A stretch of 64,000 bases of DNA from Polyangiaceae bacterium. Lineage in GTDB: Bacteria; Myxococcota_A; Polyangia; Polyangiales; Polyangiaceae. Below are positions 48,028 through 58,147 of the stretch, one piece after another. The DNA lies in NCBI GenBank assembly GCA_965222375.1, contig CBDCTZ010000016.1, positions 384,001-448,000 on the forward strand. Reading direction: 5' to 3'. The notes beneath the pieces were generated by a model. The model made no database searches. It worked only from the letters and a program-made list of their open reading frames with translations, and was not told the DNA's origin. The stretch's first letter is position 1. Each line of letters opens with the position of its first letter. A program made the position numbers and the translations under genes.

Positions 48028-49311
48028 TCAGAAGCAGGTTGGGTCTTCGGGTTCGGCCTTGTCGAGCCACATCATCAGCCGGATGTCGGGGCGTACTCGG
48101 CGAAGCGCGAGCACATCTGGCCGGTCGCAGCCTCGGGGAACCATCAGCTCTTTCAGCGAGGCGACCTGGGTCAGGGGGAGCACAGATTGGACCTGCGTGA
48201 AGGGCAGGTGGAGCTCGCGCAATGAGCGCGACTGCGCTAGTGGCGCGACGCTCTTCACGGGGGCTCCGCCTGCATCGAGAAACTCGAGTTTGGGTAGTCC
48301 CGCAAGCGGCGCCAAGCTGGTCACTTCCGTATTGTGGATGTCCAGCCAGCGCAGCTCGCGGAGTTTGGACAGGGGCTTGAGGTCGCTGACTTGGCGATCG
48401 TGCAAGTCGAGGCGTTCGAGTCGGGTCAGCGCGATGATGGAAGTGAGGTTCACGGGGCCCTCGGCAGAGATGTCCAACTCTCGCAACTTTGTGAACGAGG
48501 CGATCGCATCGAGGGCCGGTGCGTCTTGGTAACAACCGAGCCTCAAGCTGCGGAGCTTCGGAGGTGGCTGCAGAGGCTGTCCGCGCTGTAGGCAACCGAG
48601 TTCCAGCGTTTCGAGCTCAGCGAACGCCACGATTGTGGTGGGATGCTGGACCCCGGTCGCGCGCAGCGAGCGGATATTGGGAACCAGTCGCGCAAGCTCT
48701 GCCAAGTCGAAGGCCTGATTCGTGGAAAAGCCCGTCAACTTCGGCAGAGTGCCCAACGCGGACAGGTTGGTGATCGTGCCCATCGTGCTTGGCTCGACGT
48801 CGACGTTTTCAAGCTGCGTCATAGGCCGGAGCCAGTCGAGGGATTCAACACCGTTGATAACCCGGAGTGTCTTCAGTCTAGGCAACTTAGATAGCGGGGA
48901 GAGGTCGGGGGTAGCTGAGCGAAAGCGCAGGCTCACGCTCTCGAGCCCCGTGGCTTTGGCCAGCGGTGCCAGGTCGAAGCGCTTAGCGTTGCCCTGAGTC
49001 AGACTGGCGCTCTTGAAGAAGGAGATGTCCTTCGCGGCGGCGATTACTGGGACACACTGCGCTGAGAGTCGCAGATGGTCGAAGCGCTTTTGGATTGCCT
49101 CGTTTTCAATCGGACAGTCTGGTAGTGGCCCCCGCGGCGCTGAGCTGGTGTGGGCATCGAGGGGTTCGATGCTGGTAACCGGTGACGTGGCGGAGCGGGC
49201 GGGGGCCGAGGCTCGGTCTGCGCAAGCCACGAGGACGCCACTGGCTAGGAGCCAGGGCAGCCGCCGACGAAACCGGGCGCGCGCGGCGCCGTTTCTAGCT
49301 CTTCGCTCCAA
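48028..49311 (-). CDS. Leucine-rich repeat (internalin-like) lipoprotein
   Basis: Lipobox LVAC and repeats such as DLKPLSKLRELRWLDI and SLAPLAGLPKLEFLDA. Confidence 0.85.
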   Translation of the reverse strand: MERRARNGAARARFRRRLPWLLASGVLVACADRASAPARSATSPVTSIEPLDAHTSSAPRGPLPDCPIENEAIQKRFDHLRLSAQCVPVIAAAKDISFFKSASLTQGNAKRFDLAPLAKATGLESVSLRFRSATPDLSPLSKLPRLKTLRVINGVESLDWLRPMTQLENVDVEPSTMGTITNLSALGTLPKLTGFSTNQAFDLAELARLVPNIRSLRATGVQHPTTIVAFAELETLELGCLQRGQPLQPPPKLRSLRLGCYQDAPALDAIASFTKLRELDISAEGPVNLTSIIALTRLERLDLHDRQVSDLKPLSKLRELRWLDIHNTEVTSLAPLAGLPKLEFLDAGGAPVKSVAPLAQSRSLRELHLPFTQVQSVLPLTQVASLKELMVPRGCDRPDVLALRRVRPDIRLMMWLDKAEPEDPTCF

Positions 49312-49349
49312 CGTGCACGTTTCGGAGTTGGCGAGACGCTGTCGGACCG

Positions 49350-50615
49350 TCAGGCGCCGCCCTCGACGACCTGCATGACCTCGGGATCCGTCAAGATGCG
49401 GTCGCTGCTCTTGGCTTTGGCCAAGATCGCTTTGACCAGGGTTTCGCTGGGTTCGATGCCGCGGGACTTGAGCCAGTAGCTGACGTTGGAGGCGCCGGAC
49501 ATGAAGCCGATGCAGATGTCTTGGCCTCGGCCGAACATGCCGGCGGGCACGCCGCTGTAGATACGGTCGGCGAGCCAGGCGTCGCCCTTGTCCTGGGCCT
49601 TGATGATGGCTGCCGCATGCACGCCGGTTGCCGTGCGGAAGGCGTCACCGCCGACCAGCGGGTAGTTTATGGGCACTTCCCAGCCGACGGCTTCTGCGAC
49701 AGCTTGGCAGTACTCCATCAGGTGGGTCAGGTCGTGATCGAGCAGCCCGAGCAACTTCAGGTTGAGCAAGATGAGCTCCATCTGGGCGTTGCCCACGCGC
49801 TCGCCGATGCCCAAAGCCGTGCCGTGCACTCGGTCCGCGCCGACCTCGAGAGCGTAGATAGCGTTGGTTAACCCAAGGCCGCGATCGTTGTGGCCGTGCC
49901 AATCCAGCTCGACATGGTCGGCGCCCCAGCCATCGAGCAAGCTGCGCGTGAACTGGATCAGGTTCTGCACTCCGTCGGGCGTGGAGTGGCCGACGGTGTC
50001 GCACAGGCACAGGCGCCCAGCGCCGTGGTCGATGGCGAGCTTGAACAATTGCGCCAGCACTTTGGGCTGGGACCGAGTCGTGTCTTCGGTGACGTAGGCG
50101 ACTTCGAGGCCGCCCTTGACTCCCACGTCGATGGCATCGGCGCTGTACTTCTTGATGCGGTCCAGATCCCACTCTTCGGCCAAGGCGCGGATGGGGCTGG
50201 AGCCGACGAAAGCGTAAGCATGCACTGGAATACCGGCGCGCTGACTTAGCTCCACCATGGGGGTGATGTCACTCGGGACGGTGCGTCCGGCGCAGGTGAC
50301 CTTGATGTCGAGCTTGTTGTTGACGACCTCCTGGCAAAGCCGCAGGCAGTCGTCGAAGGCGCGCTTGGAGCTGCCGGGCAGACCGATGTCCGCTTCATGA
50401 ATGCCCAGGCTGTCCATCAAGTGCAGGATGCGGATCTTGTCTTCGATCTTCGGATCCGTGACCGAGGGGTTCTGCAGACCATCTCGAAGCGTTTCGTCCA
50501 GAAACTGCACATCCGGTGGGATGATGCGTCCCTTGCGGGCGACTTCGTTCCAGTCGTGGATCAGCTCGTCCTTCTTCGACGGTGTGCTCGCAGACATGGT
50601 TGGACTATGGCTCAT
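49350..50615 (-). CDS. leuA: 2-isopropylmalate synthase-like DRE-TIM enzyme lacking the C-terminal regulatory domain
   Basis: DETLRDGLQ, LCDTVG, HGHNDRGL and GIGERVGN motifs. About 420 aa; substrate not certain. Confidence 0.75.
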   Translation of the reverse strand: MSHSPTMSASTPSKKDELIHDWNEVARKGRIIPPDVQFLDETLRDGLQNPSVTDPKIEDKIRILHLMDSLGIHEADIGLPGSSKRAFDDCLRLCQEVVNNKLDIKVTCAGRTVPSDITPMVELSQRAGIPVHAYAFVGSSPIRALAEEWDLDRIKKYSADAIDVGVKGGLEVAYVTEDTTRSQPKVLAQLFKLAIDHGAGRLCLCDTVGHSTPDGVQNLIQFTRSLLDGWGADHVELDWHGHNDRGLGLTNAIYALEVGADRVHGTALGIGERVGNAQMELILLNLKLLGLLDHDLTHLMEYCQAVAEAVGWEVPINYPLVGGDAFRTATGVHAAAIIKAQDKGDAWLADRIYSGVPAGMFGRGQDICIGFMSGASNVSYWLKSRGIEPSETLVKAILAKAKSSDRILTDPEVMQVVEGGA

Positions 50616-50805
50616 GATTCGCTACAGCTCCAGTTGCCCCCCTGGAAAGCTCGAGTCAGATGCGCCGGTCGAGCGACAGCCGGACCGAAGCGTACTTGAG
50701 TACGTGAGGACCGGAAGTGCAGCGAGACCAAGCAGATGGCCGAGATCTCCAGGGGTCGCTTCAGGATGTGACGGGTTCAGCCGACTATGGCACATTTCGT
50801 GGCCT

Positions 50806-52344
50806 GTGATCCCCGAGGCGACGCGCCAGCTAATCCGAGACCGCTTGGCAGCGGAGACGGGGCGAATTGATAAAGACGCGCCGCTTCGTGTCGCGTTGAC
50901 CTATCCGTCACCCTACGCCGTCGGCATGAGCAGCCTCGGCTATCAGCGCATCTACCGCGCGGTGCAGGCTTGCCCCGGGATGGTTGCCGAGCGGGTGTTC
51001 TTGCCCGATGGCGGAGACCGCGCGGGGGCGAAGTTTCCTGCGCCGGTGAGTTACGAGAGCTTGCGGCAGCTCGGTGACTTCGACGTGATTGCCGCAAGCG
51101 TTGCGTACGAAATCGAGCTGTCCGGGCTGAGTCGCATGCTCGCCGTCTCGGGTATTCCGCCGCTGCAGGCTGAGCGGGACGAGAGCCATCCGCTGGTATT
51201 GGCTGGTGGGCCACTGACATTTTCAAACCCGGTGCCTCTGGGCGCCTTCGCCGATGCGATCGTGATCGGCGAGGCGGAAGAGCTCGTGATTCCGGCGCTC
51301 GAGATCGCTTTCGGTGGGGTTGCTCGCGGCGTGAAGCTCGAGGCCCTGGCTGGGCTTGGCCACGTCTATGTCCCCGCTTTGCACGGCGAGGCCGTCCCGG
51401 AGGTTGCAGCTTGCAGCGACTCGCTACTGCCAGCGACTAGCGCCATCATCACGCCTCATACGGAATTGTCGAACATGTTCCTGCTCGAAGTGGAGCGGGG
51501 CTGCTCGCGAGGGTGCACATATTGTGTGATGCGACGCACCACCAACGGCGGCATGCGGGTGGTGCGGCCCGAGGTCGTGCTGGATGCCATTCCAGAGCAC
51601 GTCGAACGGGTGGGCCTGGTGGGTGCGGCGGTCAGTGATCACCCCCGGATCACGTCGATTTTGCACGGGCTGGCGGAGCGGGAGGTCAATGTAGGCCTGT
51701 CCAGCTTGCGGCCGGATCGCCTCAGGGACGAATTCGTTGCGGCGTTGAAGGCCGTTGGCTACCGCACGCTGACGACGGCCCTGGATGGCGCGAGCCAACG
51801 CATGCGCGATGTGATCGAGCGACGCGGCCGAGAGCAGCACTACCTGGAAGCAGCCGAAAACGCCCGCAAGCACGACATGAAGCGCCTCAAGTTGTATCTG
51901 ATGATCGGCCTGCCGAACGAGATGGATGCAGACATCGACGAATGCGTGCGCTTCGTCACGGAGCTGTCCAAGATCATTCCCGTAGCATTGAGCATCGCGC
52001 CTTTCTGCTCCAAGCGCAACACCCCCCTCGACACCCTGCCCTACGCGGGCATTCGCACGGTGCAGGCACGTTTGAGTCGCTTGACGCGCGGCCTCAAGGG
52101 CCGCGCTGACGTTCGCTCCACCAGCGCGAAGTGGGCTTGGGTAGAACATGTTTTGGCTCAGGGCGGCTTGGCCGAGGGCCGCGCGGTTTGGACGGCGGCC
52201 CAAAGCGGTGCGCGCTTTGCGGACTTCCGCGCCGCCTTCGAATCCATGGGTCACTCGCCCGACGGCGCAGGTTATGCGTCTGCCCTGCCCGTCGCCGGCC
52301 CCGAATGGAGGGGCAAGCGCAGGCTGGACGTCGTGGTGGGGTAG
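50806..52344 (+). CDS. Radical SAM protein (B12-binding-like N-terminal domain family)
   Basis: YPSPYAVGMSSLGYQ, AGGP...NP, IGEAE, EVERGCSRGCTYC (CxxxCxxC) and KLYLMIGLP. GTG start at 50806 is inferred. Confidence 0.88.
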   Translation: MIPEATRQLIRDRLAAETGRIDKDAPLRVALTYPSPYAVGMSSLGYQRIYRAVQACPGMVAERVFLPDGGDRAGAKFPAPVSYESLRQLGDFDVIAASVAYEIELSGLSRMLAVSGIPPLQAERDESHPLVLAGGPLTFSNPVPLGAFADAIVIGEAEELVIPALEIAFGGVARGVKLEALAGLGHVYVPALHGEAVPEVAACSDSLLPATSAIITPHTELSNMFLLEVERGCSRGCTYCVMRRTTNGGMRVVRPEVVLDAIPEHVERVGLVGAAVSDHPRITSILHGLAEREVNVGLSSLRPDRLRDEFVAALKAVGYRTLTTALDGASQRMRDVIERRGREQHYLEAAENARKHDMKRLKLYLMIGLPNEMDADIDECVRFVTELSKIIPVALSIAPFCSKRNTPLDTLPYAGIRTVQARLSRLTRGLKGRADVRSTSAKWAWVEHVLAQGGLAEGRAVWTAAQSGARFADFRAAFESMGHSPDGAGYASALPVAGPEWRGKRRLDVVVG

Positions 52345-52351
52345 CGTCGGC

Positions 52352-52864
52352 TCAGGGCACTACATCTTCATGTTCTTTGATGAAGGCCTGCAGGGTGCTG
52401 CCCAGGGTCTGCGCGGTATTGAAGTTGTAGTCGTGGCGCACGATGAACGTCGCAGCGTCGAAGGGGTTGGAGCTCACCTTGATGGGCAGCTCCGTGTGGC
52501 GCAGGCTCATGATGGTCGTGACTAGGCTGCGTTGAATGGCGCTCACGAACCCGGACGCGCGGAACAGTACGACGCAACAGGACATATGCCGCTCGATCCG
52601 TGGCCAGTGCGCCACGATGGTTTGCCTGGCCTCTGCAGAAAGCGCCGGCCGCTTCGCCCGGGGGGCAACGACGACGCAGACACCGTCTGGGTGCTCCTTG
52701 CGCAGCCTGTCCACCCGGTGAATGAACTGGCGTACGGATTCGGATGTCGGGGGCTCACGGGTGACTGCAACGGCCAGGTTCCCCAGGGTGCCAAACACGT
52801 ACCCCGGCTCCATCAGTACGGGCTGAATCGGGCGTCGGTTTGCAGTGGTGGGGTCGGTGTCCAT
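52352..52864 (-). CDS. Hypothetical protein (STAS/SEC14-like alpha/beta domain)
   Basis: RKEHPDGVCVVV...LSAEARQ...GFVSAIQRS pattern typical of myxobacterial small sensor-like domains. Confidence 0.55.
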   Translation of the reverse strand: MDTDPTTANRRPIQPVLMEPGYVFGTLGNLAVAVTREPPTSESVRQFIHRVDRLRKEHPDGVCVVVAPRAKRPALSAEARQTIVAHWPRIERHMSCCVVLFRASGFVSAIQRSLVTTIMSLRHTELPIKVSSNPFDAATFIVRHDYNFNTAQTLGSTLQAFIKEHEDVVP

Positions 52865-52930
52865 TTCGCGCGCCCATCCTAACTAGCGGTCGAAACCGTT
52901 CTGCGCAAAGGGCTTTTCGTCGCATGGGCT

Positions 52931-53887
52931 TCATTGGGTTACGATGGCGCGCCTCAGCGTCCAGCCCCGGGTATTGGCCCCGGCACTGATTTGCACGACG
53001 ATGGCTTCGCCCTTTTTGCGGTAGCTGATGCGCTTGGGAAAGTCGTGCTTTTCGTTCACGACCACGAGGCTATTTGGCTCGCTGGAGACGCGAGCGAATT
53101 CCGTGGCTTTGCCCCCGCGAGGCATGGCGATGAAGACGGTGTCGTTCCCACGCTTTTCGATGCGCAAGAACTCGTAGAAGAGCTGCTTGCCATCTTTGGA
53201 ACTGCGGCCGGCGCCGAGCATGCTGCCGCCGTGGGCGTGGGTCCAATGCTCCTCGATGGTCACGCCCTTGTCGTCGACTCCGACCCAGCTGCCAGCAAGC
53301 CATGCCAAGTTTGCCAAAGGCTCGCCCTCGGCCGACTTCAATATTTGGGCATCGCCGGCAGCCTGCTTGACGATCGGAAAACGCTCGTTCGGAATCGTCA
53401 GCGCCAAGTTGTATTGAAGGATGACGTAGCGCTCGTCACGCTGGACCAAGATCCCAGAGCCCCGGGCCGGGCCTAGGTTAGGCGTCTCGAGTTGTTCTTC
53501 GAACCATGCCCACTTGCCGTCATCGCTCACCGCGATGCTTCGGCGCTGAGCGCGAAAGCTCCAAGCTTTGCCCCGAGCGAAATGCGGAGCGGCATAGGCG
53601 CGAAACTGAAGCTTGGTCCAACGTTCCTTGGCATCTGTGCCGAGGAACAGGCTGTCTTCTGCAAGATGAGAGAAGTAACGATCCTCATCAGCAGCGGCGG
53701 CGGCGGCATGAAAGTCGTCGAGTACTTTCGCCACTCTGCGCCGCGCCTCCGCGGAGCTGACGGTCTCGCCCAGGTCGGGATTTGGGTCGCGGGTTGGCGC
53801 TGCCGACGGGGCCGCTGCCATTGCACCGGGTGGCCCGACACAGGCCGCGCATAGCGCCAAGACAATCCACGAAAAGCCTTGCCTCAT
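52931..53887 (-). CDS. Lipoprotein with SnoaL/NTF2-like domain fused to a DUF6265-like domain
   Basis: LDDFHAAAA...YF...FLGTDAKERW...AWFEE; second domain LAWLAGSW...EEHW...NEKHDFPKRISY. Confidence 0.8.
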   Translation of the reverse strand: MRQGFSWIVLALCAACVGPPGAMAAAPSAAPTRDPNPDLGETVSSAEARRRVAKVLDDFHAAAAAADEDRYFSHLAEDSLFLGTDAKERWTKLQFRAYAAPHFARGKAWSFRAQRRSIAVSDDGKWAWFEEQLETPNLGPARGSGILVQRDERYVILQYNLALTIPNERFPIVKQAAGDAQILKSAEGEPLANLAWLAGSWVGVDDKGVTIEEHWTHAHGGSMLGAGRSSKDGKQLFYEFLRIEKRGNDTVFIAMPRGGKATEFARVSSEPNSLVVVNEKHDFPKRISYRKKGEAIVVQISAGANTRGWTLRRAIVTQ

Positions 53888-54060
53888 AGCGATCTTTTAC
53901 CGCACTCGCTGTGGCGCCCGGTGGTTCGAGTCTTGGCTCCACCCGGGGCCCGGCCAGTGCCGAGGAAAACCCCGCCTTTGTCCGCATGACTCGGCGTTCC
54001 GGCGAGGCGCCGTGGGCGCAAGACGTTCCGCCGCGGTGGCCGGTGGTATGACTGCGGGGC

Positions 54061-56775
54061 GTGAAAGAACTCGAACGCAGCATCGGTCCAGTGGCCGTCA
54101 TCGCCATCAGCATGAGCGCCATGCTCGGCAGTGGCATTTTCGTGCTGCCTGGCCTGGCGGCGGCGAAGACGGGGCCAGCTGTGTGGGCTGCGTATCTGCT
54201 GGCAGGCGTGTGCGTGTTTCCGGCTGCGGCCTGCAAGGCCGAGCTTTCTACGGCCATGCCGACCTCCGGCGGAACCTATGTCTACCTGGATCGCATTTTT
54301 GGGCCGCTGGCCGGAACCGTGTCTGGCGTGGCTCTTTGGTTGGCCCTGCTGCTGAAGAGCTCGTTCGCTCTCGTCGGTATTGGAACTTACCTGGTCGTCC
54401 TGGGCAACCTGCCCGTCGTGCCCACCGCTCTGGTTTGCTTGCTTTTCATCGTCGCCCTCAACCTGCTGGGAATCAAAAAGGTAGGGCGCGCCCAGATCGG
54501 AATTCTCGCAGTGACCTTGGTGGCTCTGGGAGTGTTGGTTCCCTTTGGGCTCACTGACGCCCACCGCCCCAACCTTTCCGACGGCATGTCCAATGGCTTT
54601 CCGGGACTCTTGGCGGCCGCAGGGTTCGTGTTCGCTTCATACGCGGGCGTGACCAAGGTCGCGGCCATCGCCGAAGAGGTCCGCAACCCGGCGCGCAATC
54701 TGCCGCTTGGGATCTTGGCTTCCCTCGTCATCGTGATGACGCTGTACAGCCTGATTTCCTTCACCCTCGTCAGCGTCATTCCGCATCAGCAGCTGCATGA
54801 CGACTTGCACCCGATCTACACCCTGGCGCATCGGGTGGGAGGGTATTGGGCGGGCATTGCAGCCGGGGTGGTCGGAGTCGTGACCATGGCGTCGATGGCA
54901 AACTCTGGCTTGCTCGCCGCCTCCCGCTTTCCTTTTGCGATGGCCAGGGATCGATTGCTCCCGGGTCTCTTGCAGGAGGTGCACCGAGGCACGGGAACGC
55001 CCTTCGCGTCGATCATCGTTACCGGCGCAGCCATGGCCCTCGCGGTTTCGACCCTGAATGTCGAAGGCCTGGCGAAGATGGCCAGCGGTTTGGTAATCAT
55101 GCTGTTCATCGCCAACAACCTTGCGGTGATCGTGTTTCGCGAGAGCCGCGTGCATTGGTACCAACCCAAGTACCGCTCGCCGTTCTACCCATGGCTCCAG
55201 GCCTTCGGCATCGTCTCGGGGGTCGTGTTGTTGGTGACCCTTGGAGCGTCAGTCGTCTTTGGCGCCTTGCTCTCCGTGTTGCCGGGCTTGGCGTTGTACA
55301 TCTTCTACGGACGACGCCGGGTCGAGCGCATTGGGGTCCTTGGTCAGCGTGTTCGGCGTGCGTTGACCCTGACCGCGCCTCCGGTGGCGCATCGCGGTTT
55401 CGAGATTGTCGAAGACGCGTCCGTGGTCGTCGCCCTTTTCGGCAAGGAGCACTCACCGGAAATGGTGGTGGAGCTCGGCGCGGCGTTGGCCAAAGACCGG
55501 CGCATTCAGGTGATTCACCTCACGGAAGTTCCCGAGCAAACGACCATCGAAGCCGCACTGGAAGAAGACGTGTCGGTTCGTTCTTTGCGCAGGCGGGTTC
55601 GAGCCCTGGGTGAAGAGCGCAACCTGATGCTCGAGTTCCATGCCGTCCTGTCTCGGGACCTGGGCCAGACAGTGCATAGCGTGTCCGCCAGTGCCCATTG
55701 CGAATGGCTGGTCATGGAGTGGCGCGGCAGGGAGCGCCAGACCTTGGTGCCCTACAACCCTATCGGTTGGCTCATGAACAACCTGGAGGCCAACCTGGCG
55801 TTTTACAAGGACGCCGGCGTGCGCTTCGTACGAGAAATCTTGGTTTATGCGGAGCCGGGGCCTCATGACGCGTTGGTCGTGCGCACCGCAGATCACCTGG
55901 CGAGTTTGTGGAAGGCAGAATTGACGCTGGTGCGCTTCCTGGAGGAGAGCGCGCCCGATTCCGCAGCGCAGGCGGAGCATGAGTATCTCGACCAGTTGGT
56001 GGAGTTGTGTAACGCGCCGGTCAGCAAGCGCCTGGCGCGGGGCATGAAGCGCATCAAGACCCTAGCGGCGGAAACAGCGGCCTACGATCTCTTGGTCATG
56101 GGCGCACCAGATGTGACTCTGGCCAGGCAGATCGTCGGGACGGATCAGGACAACATCAAAGCACGGGCGGCCTGCTCGGTGCTGACCGTCAAGACGCCTC
56201 GGCAGTTCACGCACCAAGCCTATTCGGAGGCTTCCGCCACCCGCGCTTCGGTTCCCACCAGCCTGCCAGACTTCTTGGCGCCGGGCGCGGCCGCTGCCCG
56301 CCTGGACATTGGTCGTAAAGAAGCGCTGTTCCAGCAGATCGCTCAGGTCTTCGAACCCGTGATCGTGGATGTGACCAGCCGCCAGATCGTCGATGCGCTG
56401 TGGGAACGCGAGCGCACCCAAAACACTTCAGTGGGTCATGGCGTTGCTTTGCCTCACGCTACCCTGAACATCGCCAAGACTGCTCTGGTAGGGGTGTTCA
56501 CGACGGCGAAACCCATCGACTATCAAGGGCCTGATGGCGAGCCCGTCGATGTGTTCTTCGTTACGATCTGCTCGCCGAGCGAGCGCCAAACCCACTTGGA
56601 GTTGCTTTCGCGAATCGCTGGGCTGACCTTGAAGACCAGCCTGCTCGAACGTCTCAGGGCTGCCGAAGACGAAAAGGCTATTCGTGTTGCCCTGAGTGAG
56701 TGTAGTGCCGAGCTTGAGGAATCCGGACGCTCACCCATGGTCAGCATGCCCAACTCGAAGGCCGGGGTCGGCTAA
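54061..56775 (+). CDS. APC-family amino acid permease fused to two universal stress protein domains and a PTS EIIA domain
   Basis: GSGIFVLPG, SGGTYVY, AEEVRNPARNLP and SRFPFAMARD. USP-like segments (IHLTEVPEQ; YDLLVMGA). EIIA motif RERTQNTSVGHGVALPHA. Confidence 0.9.
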   Translation: MKELERSIGPVAVIAISMSAMLGSGIFVLPGLAAAKTGPAVWAAYLLAGVCVFPAAACKAELSTAMPTSGGTYVYLDRIFGPLAGTVSGVALWLALLLKSSFALVGIGTYLVVLGNLPVVPTALVCLLFIVALNLLGIKKVGRAQIGILAVTLVALGVLVPFGLTDAHRPNLSDGMSNGFPGLLAAAGFVFASYAGVTKVAAIAEEVRNPARNLPLGILASLVIVMTLYSLISFTLVSVIPHQQLHDDLHPIYTLAHRVGGYWAGIAAGVVGVVTMASMANSGLLAASRFPFAMARDRLLPGLLQEVHRGTGTPFASIIVTGAAMALAVSTLNVEGLAKMASGLVIMLFIANNLAVIVFRESRVHWYQPKYRSPFYPWLQAFGIVSGVVLLVTLGASVVFGALLSVLPGLALYIFYGRRRVERIGVLGQRVRRALTLTAPPVAHRGFEIVEDASVVVALFGKEHSPEMVVELGAALAKDRRIQVIHLTEVPEQTTIEAALEEDVSVRSLRRRVRALGEERNLMLEFHAVLSRDLGQTVHSVSASAHCEWLVMEWRGRERQTLVPYNPIGWLMNNLEANLAFYKDAGVRFVREILVYAEPGPHDALVVRTADHLASLWKAELTLVRFLEESAPDSAAQAEHEYLDQLVELCNAPVSKRLARGMKRIKTLAAETAAYDLLVMGAPDVTLARQIVGTDQDNIKARAACSVLTVKTPRQFTHQAYSEASATRASVPTSLPDFLAPGAAAARLDIGRKEALFQQIAQVFEPVIVDVTSRQIVDALWERERTQNTSVGHGVALPHATLNIAKTALVGVFTTAKPIDYQGPDGEPVDVFFVTICSPSERQTHLELLSRIAGLTLKTSLLERLRAAEDEKAIRVALSECSAELEESGRSPMVSMPNSKAGVG

Positions 56776-56923
56776 CGGGGCCGGGGCTGTCGTTACGCAC
56801 GAGGTGCCGATGACGTCAGGGCCGGCACATCCCAAAAAAGGAACGGCGCACTAGTCACTTGGGGTTCGGATGGGGAACGATCCGGGACGCATGACCGTAG
56901 ATCACGGAAGAAGTTCCCGTGAG

Positions 56924-57565
56924 ATGAATCCTTGGAGTACGACGGCAGCCGTCCTGTTGGGACTTGCGCTCTGCGCTTGCGGCTCGCGCTGCCCGCAGCA
57001 GCCGACGGGTTGTCAAGACTCGCTGAAGCTGCAGGTGCTACTTCCGGAGACAACACCACGAGCCTACGTCCTCAACCTGACTTTCGAGCAAGATGGTCGA
57101 GTCGACACGGATCGCTGCCTGATTGCCATGCCGCTGCCAGAAGGCTTCAATGGGTTCACGGCAGCGTGCCAGAAGAACGCGGCTTCGGTGAGCGTGGTTC
57201 GCGTGCTGGACAATAATTGCGTGAGCTTTCCCCAGAGCGCCAGCTGTTCGGTGCAGAGCCGTGGCGTGTACTTGAAGGTCCATCGGGCGGGCTTGTCCTC
57301 GAGAGTGCAGATTCAGTTGGAGCAGAGCGACGTCGTGTTCGACGCCCAGGAGCTAACTCCGAAGTATCAAGCGTTTCGACCCGATGGCCCTTCATGCCCA
57401 GGTCAGTGTATGCAGGCCGAGATGTCCGTCGCCTTCGACGACTTGGTGCAGACGCCCGGCGCGGACGCAGGTGTGGACGCGGGCGACGCCTCCGTGCCGG
57501 AGGATGCCGGCGACGATGGCGCCGCATCGTCACCCGACGCGGGTGTGGACGCGACCGGCGACTGA
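56924..57565 (+). CDS. Hypothetical lipoprotein
   Basis: Lipobox LCAC, PDGPSCPGQC motif and acidic DAG tail. Confidence 0.65.
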   Translation: MNPWSTTAAVLLGLALCACGSRCPQQPTGCQDSLKLQVLLPETTPRAYVLNLTFEQDGRVDTDRCLIAMPLPEGFNGFTAACQKNAASVSVVRVLDNNCVSFPQSASCSVQSRGVYLKVHRAGLSSRVQIQLEQSDVVFDAQELTPKYQAFRPDGPSCPGQCMQAEMSVAFDDLVQTPGADAGVDAGDASVPEDAGDDGAASSPDAGVDATGD

Positions 57566-57640
57566 ACCCGGGGCGGCGTGGCTGGCCGGGACCGCTAGGC
57601 CGCGGTTGATCATCGAGTCCAGGGGCGACACAATGCGTTC

Positions 57641-58090
57641 ATGTCCTGGAACGTCTACCTATCGGGGGAAATCCATACGGATTGGCGCGAGCAGATCTGC
57701 GCCGGTGCAGAGGCGGCCGGGCTTGCTGTTCGCTTCACGTCGCCCATCACAGACCACGTGACCAGCGACGATTGTGGCGTCAAGATTCTCGGCGCTGAGA
57801 GTGAGCCTTTTTGGCACGATCACAAGAGTGCCAAGCTCAATGCGATTCGAACGCGGACCCTGATCCGCCAAGCCGATGTGGTGGTGGTGCGCTTTGGCGA
57901 GAAGTATCGGCAGTGGAACGCGGCTTTCGATGCTGGCTACGCTGTGGCCTTGGGCAAGCCGCTGGTCACTTTGCACGATCCTTCGCTCCGGCACGCCCTC
58001 AAAGAGGTGGACGGTGCGGCTCAGGCGACGGCAGAGCGTCCTGAGCAGGTCGTGGAAATCCTGACGTACGTGCTGTCTGGGCTCGGTTGA
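57641..58090 (+). CDS. ytoQ: YtoQ family protein (nucleoside deoxyribosyltransferase-like fold)
   Basis: VYLSGEIHTDWRE, SDDCG, RFGEKYRQWNAAFDAGYA and HALKEVD motifs. Confidence 0.9.
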   Translation: MSWNVYLSGEIHTDWREQICAGAEAAGLAVRFTSPITDHVTSDDCGVKILGAESEPFWHDHKSAKLNAIRTRTLIRQADVVVVRFGEKYRQWNAAFDAGYAVALGKPLVTLHDPSLRHALKEVDGAAQATAERPEQVVEILTYVLSGLG

Positions 58091-58147
58091 TCTCGCGGCA
58101 GCTGCGAGGATGAGGGCCGCCTGCAGACGCGTGCCTCGTCGTTGGAA

